DNA of 64,000 bases from Candidatus Latescibacterota bacterium (lineage in GTDB: Bacteria > Latescibacterota > UBA2968 > GCA-2709665), in the NCBI GenBank assembly GCA_965248435.1, contig OZ252100.1, positions 2,336,001-2,400,000 on the forward strand, in the 5' to 3' direction. Below, piece after piece: positions 35,611 to 44,511 of the stretch; positions within the stretch are counted from its first letter, which is position 1; each line of letters opens with the position of its first letter. Both the position numbers and the translations under genes were made by a program. The notes under the pieces are model-generated. The model worked only from the letters and a program-made list of their open reading frames with translations, was not told the origin of the DNA and made no database searches.

Positions 35611-36879
35611 CTACGTTTTGCGTTTCTCCTTTCGGGCAGCTGGAAACAGAACATTGTTCAGAATCAGCCGATAACCCGGGGAACTTCTGTGTAGCGCGAG
35701 TTGTGTTGGTGGATCGCCCACATAATGCTGATAGTCCTCAGGATCGTGTCCGGCGTAGAATGTAAACGTACCCCGCCCGACATTCCCGTGGATGTACTTC
35801 ACCCAATCCGTTCCGGTCAGTTCTCCTAGAATCGTAACGTGCTTTTTGATCCGATGTCTGCGGAAGGCGGTCGTCTGTCCCATGAAACCTGGAACGACGG
35901 GAAGGTGATTCTGAGTGAGCATGGTGGGCACAGGGTCATACTTTGCCGAAAATTCGAAAAGCGTGAAGGCTTCGGCGTCTGGACCGCCAAGCCTGCCCCG
36001 CTCATCGGGGGAAAGGTCGATGTCAGAGAACTCGTACTCATCCGGATCCATAACAAGCTGAAATTTTTCGAACGCCACCGTTCTCGAGAAGTCCAGCTTC
36101 AGCTGTGCCTTTCCCTCCGGAGGATCCCCATCGTAGATGCTGTCTACGATGTCAACCCCGGTAGCAGCCAAGGCAATATCAAACGTATCCGTGGCGGAGC
36201 ACATCGCGAAAATGAACCCGCCTCCCTTTATATACTCGAGAATTGCCTGAGCGACCGCACCCTTCTCGACAGAAACCTTGGCATATCCAAGGCTGGCCGC
36301 AAGGGCTTCAAACTGAACCTGTTGTTGACGGTACCAGAGCTGGTGTCCGTGGCTCCGGTAAAACTTCCCGAACTGTCCCGTAAAGTCTTCGTGATGGAGG
36401 TGTAGCCAGTCATAGTCCGACAGCTTGCCCGAGAGGACTTCGACATCCCACAGCGTATCATACGGAATCTCGGAATATGTGAGCGCGAGCGTGACGGCGT
36501 CGTCCCACGGCTGTTTGTTTGATGGGGTATAGACCGCAATCTTCGGGGCCTTCTCCAGCTGCACCCGATCCATGTTCGCTTCTTCCATCTCCGCAAATAT
36601 CTGTGCTGCTTGTGCGTCGCTGATCGTCAGCGCGGTCACGTCGCGCAGTCGCGACTCGTCTACGACGGCCTCTACCGCGTCTGTCAGGAAGGCACCTCCA
36701 CGGTAGTTGAGAAGCCACTCCACGGTGAGGCCGCGCTGTAGGGCCCAGTAGGCGACACCGTATGCCTTCAAGTGATCCGTCTGAGCCAGGTCCATCGGGA
36801 TGAGCAGCTTCCCCGCCAAAGCGGGAATGGTCTCAAGTAGGATGCCGGCTGATAAGAGCAGAATTCTGAGGACGGCCAT
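35611..36879 (-). CDS. Conserved exported protein, glutamine-amidotransferase-like (family often mislabelled asparagine synthetase B)
   Basis: Signal peptide, LIPMD..Q.DHLKAYG, WLLNYRGG, QPWDDAVT, WLHLHHEDFTGQ.GKF, FAMCSATD and GHDPEDYQH. Confidence 0.75.
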   Translation of the reverse strand: MAVLRILLLSAGILLETIPALAGKLLIPMDLAQTDHLKAYGVAYWALQRGLTVEWLLNYRGGAFLTDAVEAVVDESRLRDVTALTISDAQAAQIFAEMEEANMDRVQLEKAPKIAVYTPSNKQPWDDAVTLALTYSEIPYDTLWDVEVLSGKLSDYDWLHLHHEDFTGQFGKFYRSHGHQLWYRQQQVQFEALAASLGYAKVSVEKGAVAQAILEYIKGGGFIFAMCSATDTFDIALAATGVDIVDSIYDGDPPEGKAQLKLDFSRTVAFEKFQLVMDPDEYEFSDIDLSPDERGRLGGPDAEAFTLFEFSAKYDPVPTMLTQNHLPVVPGFMGQTTAFRRHRIKKHVTILGELTGTDWVKYIHGNVGRGTFTFYAGHDPEDYQHYVGDPPTQLALHRSSPGYRLILNNVLFPAARKEKRKT

Positions 36880-38766
36880 CTAGCCTGCTTCCCGTGAAGG
36901 GGGTTCGACTTCTCTTAGCCTCTTCTTGAGGGTTCTGAGCCGGACCCTGGCTTCGTCCGCTTCCAGGCTGAGGGGGTATTCGGACATCAACGCCTCGTAA
37001 ACCCGGAGCGCCTCGTGGAACTGCCCCAACCGGTCTTCGTAGACGCGTGCCTGTGCGATCAGGGCAAGAGGACAGAGGGGACTCCGCGGTGTTTCCCTTA
37101 TGAGTCGCCTCCAGGTCTGGAGCACTTCGGTGTAACGACCCGACGCTTCCAGAATTCCGGCCATCGTAGCCATAACACGGTCTCGGAGCTCCCACGGAGG
37201 CGTCCTCGCCAGCAAACCCTCCAGCGCCTCCACGGTACTTACGCGCTGACCCGTTCGATCCAGTCCCACAGCGACGGCGTAGGCCTTCAACGCCACACTA
37301 TCTCCACGTCCACTCTCGATCAGAGCGGCCAGCTCCAGTGCATCGTTCAGCGCGTAATTCGTCGCTCGGCCCGACAGAAGATGTTTCAACGCATCCAGGG
37401 CATCCTCGAAGTCACCCGTGAGGAATCGAACGTCCGCAATCCGGAAGCGGGCCTCGTCGCGATCCTCCGGGTTGCCTTCTTCGGCGATCACAGCGTAGGC
37501 CTTCTCTGCCTTCCCGAACTGTCCGAGGCTGGTTTTTTTCTCTGCAACCTTGAAAAGCACCTTGAAGCGCCACGGGCTTCGGCCCCCCGAATCCGCGAGG
37601 GATTGAAACAGTTCCGTTGCTGCCGCCGAGTCCCCGTAGGATTGGAGCATCAGGTCTCCAAGTCGATAGCTGGCCTCATCCGCCTCTGAACGGCCCGCGT
37701 ATCTTTCCATCACGCGGGTGTAGAGTTGACGGGCCTCGTCGGTAAGACCACGGCCAGCCTGTGCGCGAGCGAGCCCGAGCAGTACCCTCGACATCACGAT
37801 CGGATCCCCGAACCGGTCCAGCAGGGTTTGATAGGCCGTCGACGCGGTCTCGTACGCTTCACGTTCCAGAGAGAGCGCGGCAATCCGGGTAACGAGGGAC
37901 CGGTGGCGGGGCGTCCCCCTCAAGTGCGGTATCAAGACCTCCAGCGCGCGACTCGTGTGCCCTGACTGGAGTTCGTACTCCACCAGGAGCCTCAGACGCA
38001 AATCGTCATCGGGATGCGCCAGGACCTCTTCCCGCAGGAGCAGGAAGATTTCTTCCTGCTCATCAGCCTCTTTGGCGAACTTTTTCAGGCGCGAGTCGAC
38101 GAGTCGGAAATGGCTCGGACTTTCCTCGAGCAGGCGGAGGTACTCGGCGACGGCCTGCGGAAAACGGGCCTGGCGCTCGGCAAGCTCGGCAAGCTCCCTC
38201 GCAAATAATGCCGGACGACCGAACTCGCTGCGGCCCTTCCGGTAGATTCGGTCTGCCTCCGCAAAGAGATTGTGCTTGCGAAACCGCTCAGCTACAAGGG
38301 CGTAGGCCCCGGGTCGTTTTCTGCCGAGCAGAATGCCTTCCCACCGCTGGACCGCCTCCTCCCTGCGGCCCAGGGCATACAGGGCGTCGCCAAGTCTGGA
38401 GAGCGCCGTTACATCTTTGGGAGCCTTTTCTATCCTGGCTTCAAGAAGATCCACGACCTCTTCAAATCGGCCGCCTGTTGAAAGCGCGCCCGCCAGGCGA
38501 TACAGGATGTCTTTCCGTCTCGGGTGTTCGGAATGAAGACTGCGGTAGATCGCGATGGCCGCTTCCACCTTCCCCGAGGCCTCCAGCGCAGCCGCCTCGG
38601 TAAGCGCGCGACGGAACTCCAGGGCACCTGCCCACACCGTGTTCGTCAGGAGCAGAACCATGACTGCCGTTGCGGCCCACCGCAAACTTTGTCTAACTTG
38701 CACCGATCCGGTCCTTGTGGTTTGAATCCCGTATCTCGTGAAGCGTATCGCGTCGAATCTATTCAT
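36880..38766 (-). CDS. Tetratricopeptide repeat protein, exported
   Basis: Many TPR-like helices. The real start is probably the GTG at about 38703, because the annotated N-terminus runs through heptamer repeat DNA. Confidence 0.85.
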   Translation of the reverse strand: MNRFDAIRFTRYGIQTTRTGSVQVRQSLRWAATAVMVLLLTNTVWAGALEFRRALTEAAALEASGKVEAAIAIYRSLHSEHPRRKDILYRLAGALSTGGRFEEVVDLLEARIEKAPKDVTALSRLGDALYALGRREEAVQRWEGILLGRKRPGAYALVAERFRKHNLFAEADRIYRKGRSEFGRPALFARELAELAERQARFPQAVAEYLRLLEESPSHFRLVDSRLKKFAKEADEQEEIFLLLREEVLAHPDDDLRLRLLVEYELQSGHTSRALEVLIPHLRGTPRHRSLVTRIAALSLEREAYETASTAYQTLLDRFGDPIVMSRVLLGLARAQAGRGLTDEARQLYTRVMERYAGRSEADEASYRLGDLMLQSYGDSAAATELFQSLADSGGRSPWRFKVLFKVAEKKTSLGQFGKAEKAYAVIAEEGNPEDRDEARFRIADVRFLTGDFEDALDALKHLLSGRATNYALNDALELAALIESGRGDSVALKAYAVAVGLDRTGQRVSTVEALEGLLARTPPWELRDRVMATMAGILEASGRYTEVLQTWRRLIRETPRSPLCPLALIAQARVYEDRLGQFHEALRVYEALMSEYPLSLEADEARVRLRTLKKRLREVEPPSREAG

Positions 38767-38852
38767 GGATACAGAATGCGTATTCCGACGGGCCGTGATG
38801 AAACCGAGGTGATGTGCCTCGAGATACGAGATACTTGATACGAGATACGATC

Positions 38853-41800
38853 CTAAGGATTCCCGTCTCGCCTCGAGGCTTCTTCGATAAGGTTCTCGAA
38901 GTAACGCCGGATAAGCTGATGATACTCTGGGGGAAACCCCTCGTTGAGGGCCTGCTGCAGCCGTTCACGGAGTGGGTTGTCCGACGCGCCCAGATCCGCG
39001 GGTAGAGTTCCGGGCCCGCGATAGGCAAGGTCCAGGCCCTGCCTGGCCTCTCGCTTCTTACTCCAGCCCTGCTTCCGGAGAGAGCGCTGCGCGTCCAGCA
39101 TCCTGGACAGGATGCGTTCCTGTCGCTTCAATACCGGGGCCGAGGGTCGCCCCTGCTCGAGCGCCCTGGCCACCGATCCCATCTCAGAAGCGACCTGTCC
39201 CATGTCGCCCACGACCTTTTGCCGTTCTGCCCCCAGTTTTCGCCAGAGGGCATCCAGGGCCTCCTGGATGGCCAGCTGCTCGGCGGCCAATTGTTGAAAG
39301 TCCAGCCCGGGTCCGAGGGCTCCGGCGCCGGGAGCACGCGACGCAAGCCCCTCCGTTCGGGCGTTCACGCCCCCCTGCTGTTCGGCGAGCTCACCCAGCT
39401 TTTCCATCATCTCCTCGAACCCGAGGGCAGAAGCTGCCGAAGCCAGCTCGGCGATCGCCTGGCGAAGCACGAGCCCTGTTGTGTTCAGGGCGCCCATGGC
39501 TTCGCGGGCTCGTCTCTCGGCGTTCGTGGACTGCCGGTTTTCGATGGAATGGGCCGCTTCCCCCATCTTCAGAAGGGCGTTTCCCAGTGCCGCACCGGCC
39601 TCGGCGGGTACGAAGAAGGTCTTCCCTGAAGTTTGAAGAAGCCGTTCTGCGGTCCGGCTCGCGCCAGAGAGGATGCGTGCCTGTTTCAGTCCGAGCGGGG
39701 CTGTGTCTTCTCCCCGCGATATGTCTTCGGCCTGCCTGGAGACGTCCTCCTGTGAATGGGAGAGAGAAATCAGCTCGCGAAGTGCGCGTTTGAGTTCCCC
39801 TGCCACTTCCGACTTCCGTCTGTTCTGAAACGTCTGCCGCACCTCTCGAAGTCTTTGACCCAGATCTCGGACATCCTTTGAAATCTCCTGGCCGAGTTTG
39901 CCTGCTGACGCCCTCGATCCCTGCCTGAGTTGCCTGCTCACCTCCGCCATGCGTCCAGGAACCGCTTTCTCTTCAAACTGGGAAGCGATTCTATTCAGCT
40001 CTTCTCCGGTGGGCTGCGTTTCCGCCATCTCGCTGGCGGCGCGTGCCAATTCATCCCTGACGCGCTCTGCATCCTGCCGCAGAAAGTCTTCCCGATCGGC
40101 CTGCCGCACGACGTCTGCACCGCCGTCCAGACGGCGGACCAGGTCCTCCTGGCCCTCTGCCAGTTTCTCCGTGGCGTGAACCAGCCCATCCAGGATCTGT
40201 TCCTGGCGCAGGCGCTTGAGCAGTGCGATCGTCCGATCCAGGTTGCGCCGAAAGGCCTCCCCCTCCGCCTGAAACGACTCGATCGCTTCACGGACAGAGG
40301 CACGATCCACATCTTCGAGGGCCTTCTGGAGGGCCTGCGCCGCCTTTTTGAGCGCAGGACTTTCGACCTGACTCAGAAGTTCGCGAACCTCCTGAAGTTT
40401 CTCGAGCGTCTCGACAGCGGCAAACCCACTCTTCTCGAGCCGTTCGAGAGTTTCCTCCAGTTTTTGAACGACCCGCTCGATCCGCTTACCCAGCTCCCTC
40501 TGCGCTTCAACGCCGGTCTCCAGTTCCTTACGCTCCTGCCACTCCAGACGCGCTTCCCTCGCGAGCTCTCGCTCGGCCTGTTCAAGGTGCTCCTGAAGGT
40601 CCCTGCTCGCCTCTTGGATCCGTTCGAGCTCCTCTATCCCCTCATCCTGACTTCGCGCCGCTTCCTGCATAAAGTCCACGAGTGAAGGAAACCTCAGGTT
40701 CAGCCGCCTGGATTCACCCATCCCCGGTCCTGAAACATCATTGTTGTCCCAGACGCGAACGAGAAAACTCACCACGTCTCCCGGGAGCAGGTCCATCTCA
40801 CTCAGATCCCAGGCGATTTGCTCGGTCATCTCTCTGGCGCCAGGCGCTCCTAACGCGATCGGGAGCGTCCGGTCCTTTTCCCTATCCGAGATCCGATATC
40901 GAATCTCCATCCTGGATACCCCGTAGTCGTCGTAAGCCTCAACGAGCAGGGGAACCCGCATCTTCTCGTCCAGCTCAGAATCCTTACGGGGCTGGAGGAT
41001 CTTTACCTCCGGCCTGCGGTCCTGGATTGCAGCAATCCGGTATTCAGACGACCCCCGGTTCGGGGTCCCCAGGGAGTCCCGCAACACGATCTTATATCTT
41101 CGGTCTCTGTCCACCTCGAGTTGCCACTCCGAAAACGCCGCTTCGATCCTGCCCGGCAATCGTTCTCCATCGGCGAAGTCCAACCTCGCAGACATCAGCG
41201 GGCGGCTTGCCTCCACAGTCAAGTTCACCACCGTTCCGGACGGGGCCGCGACGTCCCTCTCCTCTGTCTCCACACGTTCGGACAACCCGGTGTAGGGCGG
41301 ATATCGGAGGACGAGCCGTGTGGCGATAACCCTCGGACGTGTGATGACCGCGACTCGATAGACCGGCGTCTCTGCGTCATTGGCCTGAAGCCGGTAGGAA
41401 AACGCTCGCGTGACGGATCCGAACCGATGCGCTGCCCGACTCCGGCGCACCGCCAGCTCGATCGGAGTCCAGCCGTCCATCTCTGTCTGCCGCACCAGCA
41501 GCTGACACTCGGTCGGAACCACCCCGGCCAGATCTGCCTCAATCTCGAAAGGTTCTCCGGCGATGACTCGGGCGCTTCCAGGCCTGAGATCTATTTGTGT
41601 ATCGGCAGGTCGATCGTATGCAGTTCGCGGATTTCCAAGACGCATTGCGGCCCGGGTCACGGTCGAAGGCCAAAACCCGAAGGCGCCCAGGGCCAGCAGG
41701 AGCATCGCGGCGAAGAAGATCGCTGCCCGGAAGGGCCGAGACCGGTCTACGAGTTCGCTCAGGTCCATCCCTTCAGACACCTTCTCAGTCTGAATCGCAG

Positions 41801-42188
41801 CCGCCTCAATCAGCTCGGTCGAGTGAAACGCGCTTGCCTTTCCTTTCCAGAGCTGGAGGACACTGATCAATCGCTGCTCAAGACCCCCGAAGTGGCTCTC
41901 CACTCGGAGGGCGAGCGCCTCGAGCGTCGGGGGTGAGAAAAGCGGGTAAAGAACGAGGCGTCCGGTCAGACCAAGGAGGGCCACGCCGCCTCCTACCTCC
42001 AGCAGAAGTTTCGTGGCGGGCCCGAGGTAGAACACGGCCTCCAGGAGAATCAGGAGCAGCGTCAACGCCACGCCAAAGGCGACGAGAACGCACAGGCCGG
42101 TCAGGACCTGAAAAACCGTCTCCCTTCGTCGCAGCAAACGAAGCCGCTCGATGAGCCCCTTGTAGGCCGCCTCAGCAGAATCAGTCAT
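38853..42188 (-). CDS. DUF4175-like large membrane-anchored protein (Ig-like domains plus a long coiled coil)
   Basis: N-terminal TM helices, D..PEV.I..P, A.DDYGV, V.DNNDVSGP, a long E/Q-rich coiled coil and a C-terminal Y..LIRRYF. Confidence 0.8.
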   Translation of the reverse strand: MTDSAEAAYKGLIERLRLLRRRETVFQVLTGLCVLVAFGVALTLLLILLEAVFYLGPATKLLLEVGGGVALLGLTGRLVLYPLFSPPTLEALALRVESHFGGLEQRLISVLQLWKGKASAFHSTELIEAAAIQTEKVSEGMDLSELVDRSRPFRAAIFFAAMLLLALGAFGFWPSTVTRAAMRLGNPRTAYDRPADTQIDLRPGSARVIAGEPFEIEADLAGVVPTECQLLVRQTEMDGWTPIELAVRRSRAAHRFGSVTRAFSYRLQANDAETPVYRVAVITRPRVIATRLVLRYPPYTGLSERVETEERDVAAPSGTVVNLTVEASRPLMSARLDFADGERLPGRIEAAFSEWQLEVDRDRRYKIVLRDSLGTPNRGSSEYRIAAIQDRRPEVKILQPRKDSELDEKMRVPLLVEAYDDYGVSRMEIRYRISDREKDRTLPIALGAPGAREMTEQIAWDLSEMDLLPGDVVSFLVRVWDNNDVSGPGMGESRRLNLRFPSLVDFMQEAARSQDEGIEELERIQEASRDLQEHLEQAERELAREARLEWQERKELETGVEAQRELGKRIERVVQKLEETLERLEKSGFAAVETLEKLQEVRELLSQVESPALKKAAQALQKALEDVDRASVREAIESFQAEGEAFRRNLDRTIALLKRLRQEQILDGLVHATEKLAEGQEDLVRRLDGGADVVRQADREDFLRQDAERVRDELARAASEMAETQPTGEELNRIASQFEEKAVPGRMAEVSRQLRQGSRASAGKLGQEISKDVRDLGQRLREVRQTFQNRRKSEVAGELKRALRELISLSHSQEDVSRQAEDISRGEDTAPLGLKQARILSGASRTAERLLQTSGKTFFVPAEAGAALGNALLKMGEAAHSIENRQSTNAERRAREAMGALNTTGLVLRQAIAELASAASALGFEEMMEKLGELAEQQGGVNARTEGLASRAPGAGALGPGLDFQQLAAEQLAIQEALDALWRKLGAERQKVVGDMGQVASEMGSVARALEQGRPSAPVLKRQERILSRMLDAQRSLRKQGWSKKREARQGLDLAYRGPGTLPADLGASDNPLRERLQQALNEGFPPEYHQLIRRYFENLIEEASRRDGNP

Positions 42189-42193
42189 ATCGC

Positions 42194-42925
42194 TCAGTGA
42201 GAAAGCGCCCAGACGACCACGTTCGTGCCCATCCTGAGCGCCGCGCTCCGCTTCTCAGGGGGATCGCCGTGGACCTCCGGGTCATCCCACCCGTCTCCGA
42301 TGTCGCTGTTGAAGTTGTAGAAGACGACGAGTCGGCCCTCGTGAAAAAGACCCAAGGCCTCCGGCCGGCCTCCGTCGTGCTCGTGGATCTTCGGGAGTCC
42401 GTTCGGAAAGTCGAACGGCTCGTGAAAAATTTCGAAGGAAGGGGGCAGTTCCACGAGCTCCTTGTCCGGGAAGAGCCGGGCCAGCTCTCTACGGAACGCT
42501 CGATCCAACCCGTAGTCGTCGTTCGCAAGCAGAAATCCCCCGTGTTCCAGGTAGATCCGGAGCCGCCGAACCTCCGCTTCCGTGAACCGGATGTTGCCGT
42601 GTCCTGTCAGGTAAAGGATCGGGTAGGCGAAGAGGTCTTCATCCATAATCTCCACGTGGGCTTCCCCATCCCCCGTCTGGATCGGTGTCTGCTCACGAAT
42701 GAAGGCCAGGAGGTTCGGAATCTCAGTAGGGCCGTTGTACCAATCGCCGCCGCCCCCGTAATCGAGTCTCGCGATCGTAGGGGCTTCCCCGGGCGCGCTC
42801 GACTGAGCAGACGCTTCAAAGAAGCTGATGCCGACCAACGTTAGGGCGAAAAGCGTCGATTTCACAGCACAGAATCTCCTAAGGCTCGCGCCCGGCCCCG
42901 GTTTCCCGATCCACACGCAGTCCAA
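42194..42925 (-). CDS. DUF4159 domain protein
   Basis: ARL.YGGGGDWY, YP.LYLTGHG, GGFL..ND.YG, GLPKIHEHDG and D.GDGW.D..VH. The real start is probably about 42865. Confidence 0.88.
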   Translation of the reverse strand: MDCVWIGKPGPGASLRRFCAVKSTLFALTLVGISFFEASAQSSAPGEAPTIARLDYGGGGDWYNGPTEIPNLLAFIREQTPIQTGDGEAHVEIMDEDLFAYPILYLTGHGNIRFTEAEVRRLRIYLEHGGFLLANDDYGLDRAFRRELARLFPDKELVELPPSFEIFHEPFDFPNGLPKIHEHDGGRPEALGLFHEGRLVVFYNFNSDIGDGWDDPEVHGDPPEKRSAALRMGTNVVVWALSH

Positions 42926-44366
42926 CGATCGCGCGCATCCGTTCCCACTCGCGGGGCTCGAAAAAGTTCCATCCCCAGAGGATCAGCGGATAGCCGAGGA
43001 GCAGGAGACCGCGGGCCACCACCCCTTCAGCGGTCGACTCTCGAACAAAGGTGGTGATCGCGATGAACAGAACCAAGCCCACGAACCCGATCTTCAGCAG
43101 GCGGCCTCGTTCGTAGGCCACGCTGTAGAACCTTCGCGTGCTCAGGTAGAGCGCCGCAGCCATGAGCGCATAGGCCGCGACCGTACCCCAGGCCGCACCG
43201 ATGATCCCGATTCGAGGAATCAGGATGACGTTCAGGACAACGTTCGTCGCCGCTCCGGCGCTTACGATGCCCGGAAGCATTCGGGTCCGCGATTCGACGT
43301 ACACGCCCCCCGTAAAGATCACGTAGATACCGTAAAACAAGAAGCCAAGCGTCACGAGCGGGATCACCCGCTGCCCTTCAAGATAGATCGCCGCGTTCTC
43401 GCCCGAAACCAGCTGGATCAACTCGCTTGAGAAGGCCGTCATCCCCAGAAAGAGGAGCACGCCCCCGAGACAGAAGTAGGTTGCGATCTGGGCGCTCAGT
43501 CTGCGGCCCTCATCAGAATCAGTGAGCGACAGAAGCGCCGGCGCCCAGGCCGAGCGAAATGCTCGAACGACGAGCAGCATCGGCAGCCCGAGCTTGCAAA
43601 CGATTCCGTACACACCCGCCATTTCAAGCCCGAGGAAAAACTTCACGAGAAAACGGTCCGACAGGTTGATCACCATCGCGGCCAGGGCCGAGGGAACAAA
43701 CGGGATCCCGAAGGCCAGGAGTTCCCGCGTTCGACCTGGAGAGTAAGCAAGGCGAAGGTGAGAGATTCCGAAAGGAAAGAGGGCAACAAACGCAAAACCC
43801 GAGCTGACCAGATTGCTCCAAAAGACCGCGCGTACGCCCACGCCGACTCCGGCGATCAGATAGATCGTGAGCCCCATCTGAACGCTGTGCTGAACGAACT
43901 TGATCGCTGCGTAGGTCGCTGACCGCTGCTGCGCGCGGCAGAGGGTGAAGAGCGGCTCGGCGAGGCTGTCGAGCAGGACGATGGCCGCCAGAAGCCGGAA
44001 GATTTCAGAGTAATCGGCTGAACCCAGGATCCGGCGCGACAGAACATCCGCCCCCACCCACATAGCGGCCGAAAACAACGCAGCCACAGCGAACAGGGTC
44101 CAGAACGCAGAGCTGAACCGGGCGCGCCGGAGACCTTCATCCGCCTCTGCCGACAGATACCGAATCAGCGCCTGGTTTAGCCCCAGCGAATAGACGACTG
44201 TCGTGAAACCGATAAAGGCGTAGGCAAGGGCCATGACGCCGTTGTCCCCGGCACTCAGCATCCGGGCGTAGAGAGGCACCAGGAGGAAGGTGACGGCCCG
44301 TCCCAGCAGGTCGCCCACGCCATAGACGGCCGTGTGTCTCGCCAGGGATTTGATGGAGTCAGGCAT
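42879..44366 (-). CDS. Oligosaccharide flippase (Wzx/MATE-like polysaccharide biosynthesis protein)
   Basis: About 12-14 TM segments, DRFL..FFLG..AG.Y and N.ILIPRIGIIGAA. Confidence 0.88.
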   Translation of the reverse strand: MPDSIKSLARHTAVYGVGDLLGRAVTFLLVPLYARMLSAGDNGVMALAYAFIGFTTVVYSLGLNQALIRYLSAEADEGLRRARFSSAFWTLFAVAALFSAAMWVGADVLSRRILGSADYSEIFRLLAAIVLLDSLAEPLFTLCRAQQRSATYAAIKFVQHSVQMGLTIYLIAGVGVGVRAVFWSNLVSSGFAFVALFPFGISHLRLAYSPGRTRELLAFGIPFVPSALAAMVINLSDRFLVKFFLGLEMAGVYGIVCKLGLPMLLVVRAFRSAWAPALLSLTDSDEGRRLSAQIATYFCLGGVLLFLGMTAFSSELIQLVSGENAAIYLEGQRVIPLVTLGFLFYGIYVIFTGGVYVESRTRMLPGIVSAGAATNVVLNVILIPRIGIIGAAWGTVAAYALMAAALYLSTRRFYSVAYERGRLLKIGFVGLVLFIAITTFVRESTAEGVVARGLLLLGYPLILWGWNFFEPREWERMRAIVGLRVDRETGAGREP

Positions 44367-44511
44367 GGGTCAAATAGAGGGCGGTCGCTTCAACTGCGAT
44401 TTGGGATTGTGGATTTCGGATTGGTTATTCACCACCGATCAAGTCTCGGTAAAACAGGTAGGAGCCAACTCCCGTTGGCGACGACGAGCATCGCGACCTG
44501 ATGACTCGCCA

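Noticed and set aside
35611-36879. Asparagine synthetase B assignment
   Set aside because: It lacks the N-terminal Cys of Ntn amidotransferases and the SGGLDS ATP-binding motif, and it has a signal peptide.
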